Positions 10,765 through 22,113 of a stretch of DNA of 64,000 nt are shown one piece after another. The position numbers and the translations under genes were made by a program. Source of the DNA: Emiliania huxleyi CCMP1516 (lineage: Eukaryota). The stretch lies in assembly GCF_000372725.1 (NCBI RefSeq), contig NW_005202113.1:248001-312000 (forward strand), written 5' to 3'. Under the pieces are notes generated by a model. That model ran no database searches. It was not told the DNA's origin and saw nothing but the letters and a program-made list of their open reading frames with translations. The first letter of the stretch is position 1. Each line of letters begins with the position of its first letter.

Positions 10765-12506
10765 AGGGACGGGATCCCTACCGGGATTGCGCTGAAATCC
10801 TGCACGCCGATAAGTGCATCGCTGCTGCGAGCAGGATGCCCCAAACGGACCTGCAGTCTCTCCAATGTAAGGAGAAGTGCGGCGCTCCGCCGCACACGAC
10901 GACCTGCGCCGCCATATTAATGGTGCGCCGATATTAGATGAGGCGAGACGAGCAATTGCCGGGTCGATTTAACCCAACCAAGTTGATCGTAGGCCGCCAC
11001 GCTCTCGTGCGTCGACACTCGCGCGCTGACTGGCCCTGATTGCCCTTCCGGGTGCACCGAATGCTGTAAGGAAGGGCACACCGCGATCGGCTATGTTGGC
11101 TTGGAGTGGGGCCCGCCTCGGTCCGCCGTGAGATCTCGCCAGGGCGCCTGCCGCAAGGCGGACGGCACAAAGGCAAGTGTGGACGAGAAGTGGGGGCTCA
11201 AAGACGTCGCAGCCTGCCGGGACGCGTGCGAGAAGAGCGACATATGCGTGGCGATCGAGTTCTCCAAGCCGGAGCCCGCATCTGGCCGCGCCATCTCCAA
11301 GTGTGCCATGCTCAAGGAGGACCCCTACAAGATGGTGCCCCTCGACGGCGTCGTCTGCCTCGTCAAACCTCTCGCGGGCTGGGCACGCTCGTACTCCTCG
11401 GTCAACCTGCCCGGTAGCAGCCGGGAGGCGGGCCGCTTCCGCCGTGCGGTCTGTGGCGGCGGCAAGCACTGCCAGAACCTGGCAACTTGCGTGTGCTGCC
11501 GGCTGCTGCTGCCGAGCGCAGCGCCCATCGACTCGGGCTGCACGCACTTCCGCGAATTCGACCTGCGCGGCGCCAACCTGTACAACTCCAAGCTCGACAT
11601 GGGCGACTTCTCCGGCGCGCTGCTAAAAAGTAGTAGGCTGCCTTAGAGTTTAGCAGGCAACCTCAATTCCAAGACTTGACTCCTATCTCACCGCCCAAGC
11701 GACTAGCGAAGGCGCGCTGCTCGACGGCGCCAATCTCCGCTCCGCCACGCTGCACGGAGCCAACTTCGAGTTTACGTCGCTCGACAAGGCAATGATGGAC
11801 TCAGTGCGGCGAGAGAGAGACGCGCTCCGCTCGAGCCGCCGTTCCGGCCCCGCCGAGCCGCGCCGCCTCTTTGCAGGCGAGCGCCAACTCTAAGACCTCC
11901 TTCGAGCACGCGTCGCTCAAGGGGGCGAGCCTGCGCGGGGTGGGCCTTTCAAGTGCCTCGCTCAAGCACGCCTCCTTCGCACACGCTGACCTCTCCCAGT
12001 CCGACCTCTCCGGGGTGAACGCCAACGACGCCAGCTTCGTCAATGCCACGCTCAGCTTCGCCTCGCTGACGGGTGCGAGCGGGCAGGGTCCCCACACCTC
12101 GTCACCATCGCACCAGAGCACACTCCGGAGGCTCTGCTCGCGTGCTTCCGTAGGCGTGATGGCGGAAAACGCGAACTTTTCGCTCGCCCGGCTGGACAAC
12201 GCATTCTTCAGCGGCGGCAATCTGAAGGGCGCCTTTTTTCGAGGCGCGGACCTCACCGGCGCAAGTTTCAACGACGCCCTGATCGAGCAAGCCGACTTCA
12301 CAGGCCTCCGCCTTCCCACATCCGCCACGAGTCGTATACGCCACCCCACGCCCCTCTCTGTGGCGAGACACTCAGCGCTTGTCGCCCACTCCACAGGCGC
12401 AAGAGGCATGGAGACGGCCAGCTGGGCTGGGTATACGGGCATTCCATACAACGCACCGCCCTCGATCCTCGGGTGCCCAGCGGCGGGGTGCGCGAGTGGG
12501 AGGTAG
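10765..12506 (+). CDS. Pentapeptide-repeat protein with Cys-rich/PAN-like N-terminal region (multi-exon; start uncertain)
   Basis: A(D/N/S)(L/F)xx repeats such as FDLRGANLYNSKL, ASLKGASLRG, ADLSQSDLSG and ADLTGASFNDA. PAN-like segment GACRKADG...AACRDACEKSDICVAIEF. Confidence 0.75.
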
Positions 12507-12998
12507 AGCGAGCTGGCCACTTGCTGAGCTCGCGGACACCGCGCCCCTGACGGCGCACACACGCCGACACGGAGACCAGACACCTGCGCTGTGTGAGCCG
12601 TACCACTAAAACACATCGTCGAAACCTGCAACCTTCTACCCTCTCATCAAATAAGTGGCGATATGTGTTTCTTCCACCTCGTCTCTCACACTGACGACCG
12701 AGCGTCGCGACTCTCGTCCAAAATATATCTCCGCCACTCCGGGTCCGGGTCCGGAGACCGAGAGCGAGACCCTCGCCCCGCTCCCGGCTCGCCCGCAGCC
12801 CCGCACACCTCCCCGCGGCGCCCCCGCGAGCCGGCGTCTCTGCCGTCTCTGGCTCTCTAGTCCGGGGATATTACACAGCACACCGTTTTTTACATTATAC
12901 GAATATTCGTCGGCTATACTACGACGAGCGCTGCTGTAAGTGCCCTTCTTCCCTGCTTGCTGCGGCTCACACCTTTTCCACGTCGCACTCTTTTTCGC

Positions 12999-13757
12999 TC
13001 ACACTCCTAACGCCGCCTCGACGGCCTGCTGTTGGTAGACCTGGGCTGATTGTGACGACGAGCGCGACGAATCGAGCTCATAGTCCGATCGACTCGGACT
13101 CGACGGAGACGGCGATTGGGGATGAATGCTCCAGCGTGGCTCTGCCCTTGCCAGTCGCACACCAGTGTGCGAAAGGGGGTCTCGAGACACGGCAAGCACG
13201 TCGCGAGCCAATGAGGATCCGTCGCCCGCGACCTGCCGAAGCGGCTCGTTGCGCGGCGCCGCCAGTAGCTCCTCGGAAATGGCAATGAAGCGCCCGTCAT
13301 TGTACGGCCTGCAGGGACGCTCGGCGCCGTGGCCAACAATGGGCTTCCGAACGCGTCGTTCGGGACGAGCTGGTCGCTCAGGCCAGATCAGTCGTCTCTT
13401 GGGAGGCGGAAGCTTCTCGCGCCGCGGCGACGTGATCGTCTTGGGTATGACGAGCTTGCCCGGCGCGGCTTCCCTCGGTGAGACGTGTGGCAGCCATCCG
13501 CCTTCGTTGAACGTTGCGGTGAGTGACTTGTCGAGCACTCCGAGCCCATGCTTGTTGTGCTTCTGCTGGTGCTTGGGGGGGACGATATCTCGTCCCATGC
13601 TGAGGTTCGCACAGAGCCAAGTCGGGTTGGCGCGACGCCAATTGCACCCGCTCAAGTTTGATCGTTCGCGAGGTCGCCCGTGTTGTTGCTCCTCGTCGTG
13701 GTACTCGAGTACGTGGGATGTTGTTGCCTGTGTCGTAGATGTAGAGACCGCGTGCAT
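12999..13757 (-). CDS. Hypothetical protein (252 aa)
   Basis: ATG-initiated ORF with a composition unlike the GC shadow ORFs; no recognisable motif. Confidence 0.3.
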   Translation of the reverse strand: MHAVSTSTTQATTSHVLEYHDEEQQHGRPRERSNLSGCNWRRANPTWLCANLSMGRDIVPPKHQQKHNKHGLGVLDKSLTATFNEGGWLPHVSPREAAPGKLVIPKTITSPRREKLPPPKRRLIWPERPARPERRVRKPIVGHGAERPCRPYNDGRFIAISEELLAAPRNEPLRQVAGDGSSLARDVLAVSRDPLSHTGVRLARAEPRWSIHPQSPSPSSPSRSDYELDSSRSSSQSAQVYQQQAVEAALGV

Positions 13758-13945
13758 CAGATCAGTGGAAGGGGGGGATTGGCATGGTTAATTAGTCATT
13801 TCATTGAACTTTCGCAGCTCCGCTGCAGCTGAACCAACAACATCCTACAGCTTGGTAGCGCCGGGCCCTTTCAAAAATAAAAAAATCGTGGAGCCGCACT
13901 GACTGTCGTTGCTGTCTCTCCCTTTCTCGACTGTCTGTGTGGTGG

Positions 13946-14028
13946 AAAAGAAAGAAAGAACATAGGCAACCCAGAGGGAGGATGGGTGGGAGGACGGCAC
14001 GCCGCCACCACACAGGGATTTTAAGCCT
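13946..14028 (-). mobile_element. ~85-bp SINE-like element with (TTTC)n tail and 10-bp TSD TGTGTGGTGG
   Basis: TSD at 13936-13945 and 14029-14038. Close copy at ~37297-37369; related copies at ~15612-15700, ~39812-39865, ~43870-43930 and ~46968-47050. Confidence 0.65.
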
Positions 14029-14536
14029 TGTGTGGTGGTGCTTGTGCGCCTTCGCCCAGTTGCGTTTTTTGCGTGAACAAGCGACCGCGCGACGGCGACG
14101 GCGGCTACGGCTGCCGCTGCCGCGCTTCTCGTGCTGCTGCTGCCTCTGCTGCGGCTACTGCCAAAGCTGCAGCTGCGGCCGCACCACCCGGCGAGGCCAT
14201 CCTCGCGCGCACGGACGCTACAGGCGCGGGCGCGGGGGTATGAGGCGGAGATGATGGAGGCGCTCAATTGAGCGCCTCCCTCTCTCTCCGGCTGCGCGCC
14301 TGACCGGTGCAGCCTCCGAGTCGGCGTCTAGCGCGCGAGAGAAGGTTTTTGCTCGCCTTCCCTGGGACCCCGTTTTGCGTGACTGTCTCTGTGCGATTTC
14401 GGGCCCGGGGTTGTGCGTTTATGTGAAAAGCCGTATTTTCTTCTCATACAAGGCTGTGAACGAGCCCCGGGCCGGCGCGAGTCGGCGCGCATCATTAAGC
14501 CAGAAGGTGAACGAGCGCCAGAGTGCGAGTAGCACA

Positions 14537-15595
14537 ATGGTAGGCCAAGCCTCGAAAGCTGCGGACATGCGCGCCGGCAACGTCCCCAAGCCTGGCATGA
14601 AGGCGATGAACGGTGGCGGCGGCTCGGTGAGCCGCTCATCCCAGAAGTACGTTGCGCGAGCTGCTGAGAAGCCGAAGGCCAAGCCAAAGGGCCTGACGCA
14701 TGGGCAAATGGTGATGCAGTGGGAGGCGAACGGGCGCGACGCCGAAGGAAAACTCATCAAGCACACGCCCAAAAAGCAAGGCTGGACAAAGGACGAGATC
14801 AACCGGGCGCGCGACCGAGCAGATGCGGAGCGGCGGCGGGCTGCGGAGCAGGCTGCAGTGACCACGACGCCAGCCGGCGCTGCTGGCGAGGCAGTCGAGA
14901 CCGCGGAGGGCGTGCCAGCGCACGAGCTAGCGCGTGCACGCCTGCGCGAGCTGGCGCATGCGCTGCAGACTGGCGCAAAGGGCGCGGCCGGCGGCGGCGC
15001 AGAGGGCGCGAGCGCGGCCGAGGGTGCGGGCGCGAGCTGTGAGCCGCCGCCGGAGGAGCAGTGGGCGATTGCCGAGTGCCGCCGGTCACAGCTCGAGGAG
15101 CTCGAGTGCCTCGAGGCGATGTTCGCCGACGAGTTTGTGCTCGTGTCGAGCGCCGGCGGGGTGGAGCGGCTGCGGGAGCTGAGCGAGTCGCTCGGGGAGG
15201 ACGCCGCGGGCACGGATGCCGCCGCGCTGCGGGAGGTCGCCGCCCACCCTCCGCTCGAGTGCTCTCTACAGCTCACCGCCCATGGGGAGCGGCCGGCGGC
15301 GGAGGAGGGGGAGCGGGCGGTCCCGTTGGTTGCGTCGATCCTGCTCCGCGTGCGACTGCCGGTCGAGTACCCGAAGACGCCACCAGTGCTGGCCATCGAG
15401 GACGTGATGGTGACCACGCAGGAGCCGCTCGGCAGGGACAAGATGCTCACGACCGTGGCGAGACTGAACGAGGATGCGCTCGTGGCGGCAATGCTGGAGC
15501 GGGCGGCCGCGACGCTCCCCGAGCCCTGCATCTATGAGGTGGCGACTTGCCTGACGGAGAGCGCACTCGAGGCGGTGGGGCACTCGTGGGTATGA
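14537..15595 (+). CDS. RWD-domain protein
   Basis: QLEELECLEAMFADEF, LRVRLPVEYPKTPP (YPxxxP) and EPCIYEVATCL. Intronless ORF with basic N-terminus. Confidence 0.8.
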   Translation: MVGQASKAADMRAGNVPKPGMKAMNGGGGSVSRSSQKYVARAAEKPKAKPKGLTHGQMVMQWEANGRDAEGKLIKHTPKKQGWTKDEINRARDRADAERRRAAEQAAVTTTPAGAAGEAVETAEGVPAHELARARLRELAHALQTGAKGAAGGGAEGASAAEGAGASCEPPPEEQWAIAECRRSQLEELECLEAMFADEFVLVSSAGGVERLRELSESLGEDAAGTDAAALREVAAHPPLECSLQLTAHGERPAAEEGERAVPLVASILLRVRLPVEYPKTPPVLAIEDVMVTTQEPLGRDKMLTTVARLNEDALVAAMLERAAATLPEPCIYEVATCLTESALEAVGHSWV

Positions 15596-15794
15596 TCCAT
15601 TCAAAGCGGGCAAAGAAAGAAAGAAAGCAAACAGGCACACCCAAACCAGGGATGGGGGAAGAGGACAGGGTCCACACCTGCACGAGCAGGATTTTGGAAG
15701 CACAGGTTCAACCGTCCGCGAATTCTTTTTTGTGCACTTATGAAAAAAACTCTCCACCGCGGGAGCCTTTCGAAGCCCAGAAGAACGTCAGAAA

Positions 15795-17857
15795 ATGCTC
15801 CTCCCACTGCTTGTCTCCGCCGCTGCCACAGCCGACACCTCTGACCACGAGCTCGCGCAGCGGCTCAAGCTGTCGCTCTGGCAGCGCGGAGTGTTGGAGT
15901 GCGGTGCCGACGGCTGTGGAGCGAGCTCTGCGGAGTTCCCGCGCCTCGCCGCCACCTGGCTTTCTCAGCAGCACCTTCCCATCGTCCGGCTTCGGGGCGG
16001 CGCCGACGGGTGCGGCGGCACGTCGTGCGAACCGCCCTCGGCCAGTCTCGATGCCCTGCGCGCGGAGCTGGGCGAAGAGTTTGCCGCAGCGCTTGACCAG
16101 AATGAAGCGGACCACGCCGACGACTGTGCAGCTAGCTGCGAGTCCTTCTACTGCGGTCCGGGCGCGCAGCTGCCGGCCGGAGCGGCCGAGGCGCGGTCCC
16201 ACTCGATGGGGTCCGTCCCACCCGAGGAGTGTGCACCACGCCAGGCTCTCTTCTCCCTCGCAGCCTGGTCTCGGACTCGTCTGTGCCTGCAAAGTAGGAC
16301 TTCGCCGACGCCTTCAAGTTCCCGCTCGATCTGATCCGCGTGACGGCCAGCCCGCTAATCCCGCCCGATGAGGCGGAGGCGGCAGTCGCGGTCGCCAACG
16401 AGGAAGGGATGAGCAGCAACGAGTACGCTTCTGGAAAGTACAAGCTCGGCGGAGACTGGGTCAAGAAGATGCCACGCACCCGCGCCTGGTTCCAGCTCGC
16501 TTTTGGCCGGCGGCGGCTGGGCTGTGACCGGCGCCTCTGCACGCCTCCTGCCTTTGCGGGTAGGTTCAACTCGCGTCTGGAGTCGCTCATCTTTCCTACG
16601 ATCGCCGCGCTGTTCCCCGAGATTGTCTCCTCCGCCTCCGTGCTGCGCGCACACTCCGTGGCGATACTCAAGTACAACTCGAGCCACCCGCGCACGGATG
16701 TCCACGTCGACGACGGCTCGTCCGAATTTAGCCGAGATGAGCCGACATGAGCCGACAGACAAGTGCGGTTTCAGACACCACAGGCTTGCTACTGATGGGC
16801 CTGGGCCAGGAGAGCGACAGAGAGCCATGCCGTTCACAAGCTCGGCCCGCGCGACGCAGGCATCCTCGCCATGACGCTCGCCCTCTCGCCGCGCGCAAAC
16901 TACACCGGCGGAGGCACCTTCTTCGAGCACCTCGGCGAAGGGTGCGCCCCGCCGACGGAGCGCAACTCCCTCCCGAGCCTTCTCGGAGCCTGCGCCGCCG
17001 CCCCGTAGGTCTGTCCTGCCGATGGAGCAGGGCCACTGCACCTTCCGGCCGGGCTCGGTGCGGCACGGCGGCCACCCCGTCACGGCGGGCGAGCGGTACA
17101 TCCTCGGCGCCTTCTTGCTCATCGAGGACCGCGTCGAGCACGTCCGCCGGCTGCAGAACCAGGGGCGTGCTGCGCGGGGCCGCGGTGCCGCAGAGGAGCC
17201 GAGAGGAGCAAAGACGCGCGGAGCTGTCTCTGTTGACGCGGTGGCTTGGCCCCACCAGGCGACCTCGCGAGGGCGAGGCGGCTCTTCAAGTGGGCGCTCA
17301 AGCTCAACCCTCGCTGCGCGACGTGCCTCAAGAATTGGGCCGAGGCCATCACGGCGCAGGCGAGCGGCGGGCCGCTGTCGCCCGCGCTGGCCGACGCGGC
17401 GGAGGAGAAGCTGCGCCGCAGCCTCGCGCTGCTCCCCGAGGACAGCGACGCCTGGTACTCGCTGGGTAGGGTGCTGAGCGAGCGGGGGAACAGGGAGGGG
17501 GCGGTGGAGGCGTACCGCCGCTCGCTCGCTATCACGAGCGACGACGCCGATGCCTGCTTCAACCTGGCGGTGCTCGTCGGCGACGGCGGCGACGCCAGCG
17601 AGGAGATCGCGCTGCTGCGGAGGGCGCTCTCCGCCAAGCCGGACCACGGCCAGGCGTGGGGCAACCTCGGCGTCGCCCTCGCGTCTGCCGGCGACCTCGA
17701 CGCGGCGGAGGAGCCTTTCCACAACGCCGTGCGCTTCGACCCGAGCGCGAAAAACTGGATCAATCTGGCCAGGCTGCACCAGGCGAAGGGGCGGGCGCCA
17801 CAAGCAAAGGCGGCCATGGCGGAGGCGCAGGCGCTAGGGGGCGCGCGACAGAGCTGA
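15795..17857 (+). CDS. Signal-peptide-bearing 2OG-Fe(II) oxygenase (prolyl/lysyl hydroxylase-like) with C-terminal TPR repeats (multi-exon)
   Basis: HVDDG (HxD), YTGGGTFF, SVRHGGHPVTAGERYILGAF. TPR units DAWYSLG, ADACFNLA, QAWGNLG. MLLPLLVSAAATA signal peptide. Confidence 0.85.
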
Positions 17858-18440
17858 CACGCAAGTACTCTACTCTCTAGTGGAGCGCGGCGCGGCGCAT
17901 ATGCGGACGCGCATGGTGCCACCCAGTAATGCACTCGGCAGCTGAGGGGAGGTCTATCCCCTACCACGTACGAGTAAGTTAGCAGTTACCAGAACAGCAG
18001 CTCCATATGACAGCAGCCCCCGCGCGGCACCCGGTCCGGTTCTCTCGCGCCAAATGGCGCACAAGAGTGTGCTGTGTGGGGGGGTTCTTTTATTTTTAAG
18101 TCTTCTAAATCCTATATGGTAGTACCCAGACACCCCCATGTACGCAACTCAGAGTTCACAAGACCCGCACAGTGCATGGGACCCAGGAGGAAAAGGGTCA
18201 GTGTCTGAGAGTCAGTGCGGTCGGTGTTCGCCGAGCAAAATGCAGAGAGAACAGCCAGCCGTGCCTCGAGGCGCACGCGAGAGCGGTGGAGCCCCCGCCG
18301 CCGTCGTGCTGCGACGCTTGAGTCCGCCGTGGTTGCGATCCTGAAGCGCCGCGCGGCTTGCGTCACGCAGCGCACGGCGAATAGCGCCGAGCGGCGGCCA
18401 GCGGCGGGGCCGCCATGGCGGCGGTGCGAGCGCGGCTCCG

Positions 18441-19633
18441 TCACACGGGGGCGGCCACGGAAGTGGGCTCCGCCTTTGCTCGCACCGCACGCTGCGCCAG
18501 CGAGGCGACCGCCTTCAGCTCGGCGGCGATCTGCACATGCGTCTCTTGCAGCTGGGCAATCGACTGCGCGTGCGCATCGAGAGTCTCGCGGCAGCGGCGC
18601 TTGACGCCCTCGGCGGCGGCGTCCCCGCCGGGCGATGGGAGCGGCGGCGGCGGCATCGCGCGACCGAGCTTGGTGACGCTCTTCATCGGGTCGGTGACCA
18701 CGCTGTGGGCAGAGGCACGCGCACGTCGCTCACGCGCCGCCGCGGGGCATGGGGCATGGGGCATGGGGCAGGGAGGGAGGGTGGGAGGGAGGGCAGGAGG
18801 GAGGGAGGACGAGGGAGGGTTGCCCTCGCCTGAGGAGCGGCTCGGTGCGCGTGAGCGACTCCTCCTGCGGAGCGACCTGGATGCGGAAGCGCTGCTTGTC
18901 GCGGTGGCTCGACCTATACGGCGATCCCCCTCCGCCGTGAGGCAGCGGCTCGACGGCGCTGGCGCGGCCCCGGCAGCGGCGCACAGGGAGGTGATTCGCA
19001 GCTTGAAGGTCGCGGCGCCCTGCAGCGCCACGACGTCCGTCTCGCCGACGAGCAGCGGCTCGGAGAGACTCGTCTGCCTGCAGAGGAACACGCCCGCCCG
19101 TTACCGACGCTGCCCACCGCCCGGCGGCGCCGCGTCGCGTGTAAGGCGCTTGACGGCGGAGCCATTCTCGTACAGGAGAGTTGCGCGCAGCGGCAGCGAG
19201 CAGTCGACGATGGGCACATCCGCCGAGTCATGCACCCCAACCTTGAGCGTGAAGGGCCGCAGATTCGACACCACCAGCTCCTCCTCGCTCTCCCCGTTTT
19301 CGCGCGTCCTCATCTCCACCTTGTGCACGCGGTGCTCCAGGATGCGGAGCTTGCGGCCGCTGATGACGACGGCGGTGCTGCTGCAGCTGGGCGCGACCGT
19401 CGCGATCGCGGTCGTCGTCGCCGGCGCCGCCGCCGCCGCCGCCGGCGCGGAAGAGCCCGCCACCTCGCTGAGTCCTGCGCACGGCGGGTAAGGGCGTCGC
19501 GCGCGCGGCGGGTGGACGGCAAGTGCCGCGGACGCGCGCCTCCAATAAAGTCGATGTCCAGGATGTTGCCGCTCTGGGACCGGGTGAGCCGCACGTCCAG
19601 GCTGGGGGTGGTCCCGTTGCCGCTGGCGGCCAT
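18441..19633 (-). CDS. Putative transcription factor with Ig-fold (CudA/CBP60/STAT-like) DNA-binding domain and C-terminal coiled coil (multi-exon)
   Basis: Spliced pieces read LRATLLYENG...EPLLVGET...GAATFKLRITSL..SSHRDKQRFRIQV...VVTDPMKSVTKL. Heptad tail IAQLQETHVQIAAELKAV. Family assignment is by pattern recall. Confidence 0.5.
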
Positions 19634-19997
19634 GTTCCAACAGCTGCTGGGGCCAGCGCGACGGAAGCTTGCAGGAAACGACGTCTCGACGTGTGCAGGC
19701 GAGAGAAAGCCACAGATGTATTTTCTTTTTCCGAAAGTGAGTTCTTTTGGTAACCCCGAAGTTTTCAAATCAATTTTGCCACACATGAAATCGTGGGGTC
19801 GCTTCAGTCCCAGCTTCAGTCCCCCCGTGGACCGACCCTCAAGAAAGCGATTTATGACAATAGAACAAGGAGGCCCGGGGCGGGGGTCGGGAGGGGCATG
19901 TATGTATGTATGTAGGAAGGTGAACAGTCAGGCTCGGACTGGACACCGACGCGGTATGGGTCGGAGTGAAAAAGAGAAACGCGGTCAACACGTGTAC

Positions 19998-20633
19998 ATG
20001 TCACTGCTCTTCGCCGCCTCGGCGTTCGCGCTGCCCGCCGCCTCGGCGTTCGCGCTGCCCGCCGCCTCGGCGTTCGCGCTGCCCGCCGCCTCGGCGTTCG
20101 CGCTGCCCGCCGCCTCGGCGTTCGCGCTGCCCGCCGCCTCGGCATCGCCAACCGTCGCCACAGCGCACCGCTCGCAGCGGCATGCACGCCGGGCCGAGGT
20201 CGCGTCGATGGGCCTCTTCGACGCGCTCAAAGGCGCCTTCGCAAACGAGGAGTTTGTGGCGGACGACCGGCGCGTGCGGGCGTCGCACATCCTGATCAAA
20301 GGGGAGGGCGACCTCGAGAAGGTTGTCGAGCTCATGCAGGAGCTCGGCCAGCGCGTTCAGCGGGAGCCGGATCGGCTGGCACCGATCTTTGCCGAGCTGG
20401 CGAGACGAGAGAGCCAGTGCTCCTCCGCTTCATCGGGCGGCGACCTCGGCCTCTTTGGGCCGGGGAAGATGGTCCAGGAGTTCGATACCGCGCTCTTCCC
20501 GGCAGAGGACGCGCCGCAGCCTGGCGCCATCCTCGGCCCCGTCGTCACCGACTTTGGCTGCCACTTGATCCTGGTCACGAAGCGCGAACAGAACCGCGAT
20601 CAGGTCGAGGAGAAGCTCGCTCGCAACGACTGA
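19998..20633 (+). CDS. Parvulin-type peptidyl-prolyl isomerase, likely plastid-targeted
   Basis: VRASHILIK, FAELARRESQCSS..GGDLGLFGPGKMVQEFD and GPVVTDFGCHLI. N-terminal ASAF motif plus transit-peptide-like segment. Confidence 0.9.
   Translation: MSLLFAASAFALPAASAFALPAASAFALPAASAFALPAASAFALPAASASPTVATAHRSQRHARRAEVASMGLFDALKGAFANEEFVADDRRVRASHILIKGEGDLEKVVELMQELGQRVQREPDRLAPIFAELARRESQCSSASSGGDLGLFGPGKMVQEFDTALFPAEDAPQPGAILGPVVTDFGCHLILVTKREQNRDQVEEKLARND
20013..20143 (+). repeat. 24-bp coding tandem repeat x5 encoding (AASAFALP)
   Basis: GCCGCCTCGGCGTTCGCGCTGCCC at 20013, 20037, 20061, 20085 and 20109, plus a partial copy at 20133. Confidence 0.95.
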
Positions 20634-21517
20634 TGAGAGCCGGGGGCCCAACGCGTTCGCGTGGGCCGCCTGATGATGCGCGCATGCGGAAACCAATTGT
20701 TTTTTATCATGGTACATGGACGAAAAGGAAAAAGTGACTAATAAAGTGACTCTGTCGGCTGCTGGAGAAGGGGGATTCACCCGTGACATACGAAAGCGGC
20801 TCTAGTTACGATCCAACGTTCACTCTGACACGCTAATCTCTTGAAAACGTCCAACGGAGCTCCGTGTTGCTCCCTGCGCAATCCCCCGCGCTCCCTGCGG
20901 CCATGGTCGATGATACTAGTATGAGAGGTCATCTGGCTACCGCGAGAGCGACCCAACTCGTCCACATCGTCCGATGGTGGTGCCTCAAAGTCACAGCCTT
21001 CGGAGGCTATCGTGGGGTCGAGCCGGCAGTAGCCGCGACATGTGGTTCCACCACCCCTCGTAGGCTTTGCTTCTGCTCGCCGCCGTTCCCAGGCTGCCTA
21101 ATGGGATGGAAAGGAAGGCTGGGCGAGCGTATAGAAGCGTGCTCGACCTCGTCGTGGCAACCTGTACGGCAGCGCTGGCAGGCGCGATGAGCGTCGTGCC
21201 ACCTGACCCGAGACGGGTCGCAGGCGTCGTACCGAGCGCGTCGAGACCGTGTCCTGATGCGCTCTGCACGGGTGAGTCACGTCGGCGTCAAAGGAGCGAC
21301 GTGCGACCTGTCAGAGCTTGATCTCCGATCTCAGCGGCGTCGAGTCGTCTCCGGCGGCGACAATTTTGTACCTCCCCAGGACGCGCAGAGGCAGCCGCGA
21401 CCCCGCCGAGTGACGGTTGCACACAGCAGAAGGCACCGAGAGGTACGAAATGGCGCAAATGACCAAAATCAAGATTGTGTAACGCGAGCTGTGCCACAGT
21501 GAAATGGAACTAGCCAA

Positions 21518-22078
21518 AGGGGAAGGACCCTGAGAGTGAGTTGACCAGGGGTTGTGCGCCGGGCCCTCCTGCTCGGCTCCAGGGAGTAGGCAAGTGTTAC
21601 CATCAACAGAGGAGAAGGATCTGACCTCGGGGCCGATGTGACCAAGCGCTGGTAGCGTGGTTTTACCTCACACCCATGGTCTCACAGTGTGCCGGCAGTC
21701 GCCGCGCAGTGTCGCTTACACAAGCCGCAGCACAAGTGACTGAGGGCCAGTGAGGGCGAGCCCATCGCTGTGACAGCTGTGGCAGCCGACAGTAGGCTGT
21801 GCCAACTGTGCAGAGTGTGTGAGCAGCAGAGGAGCTTCACTCCAGGCTTCTGTCGCAAAGAGCTGCATGCCACCGAAGGCGCTGTCGAGGTTCGCCGAGC
21901 GCGGCGAAATCGGGGGAAGCCGCCGCCGACGAGCGCGTTGGACTTTTCACTCTGGACAAAGACGGGGACACAGCGGACGGTGCGGGGCGTGCCGCAAACT
22001 TAGCGGCGAGGCGCGGGACCGTCTGTGGCGAAGTGGGTCGCGTCCCCCGATTTCCGTCAACTCACTGTCCTTCCCCCG
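21518..22078. mobile_element. ~560-bp MITE (TA-flanked, Tc1/mariner-type), copy 1
   Basis: Colinear with 59660-60216. Imperfect TIR GGGGAAGGAC..AGTGAGTTGAC / GTCAACTCACTGTCCTTCCCCCG followed by TA. Confidence 0.8.
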
Positions 22079-22113
22079 TATTTCTTTTTTCGGTGTCCGT
22101 AGTTTCAAGAACA

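Noticed and set aside
19230..19997. N-terminal 256 aa of the 467-aa parvulin ORF
   Set aside because: It overlaps the opposite-strand gene and intergenic DNA. The ATG at 19998 gives a sensible targeting peptide.
20780..21510. Possible small spliced gene or Fanzor/TnpB remnant next to the MITE
   Set aside because: No RuvC or zinc-finger motifs, and no coherent ORF that I could support.
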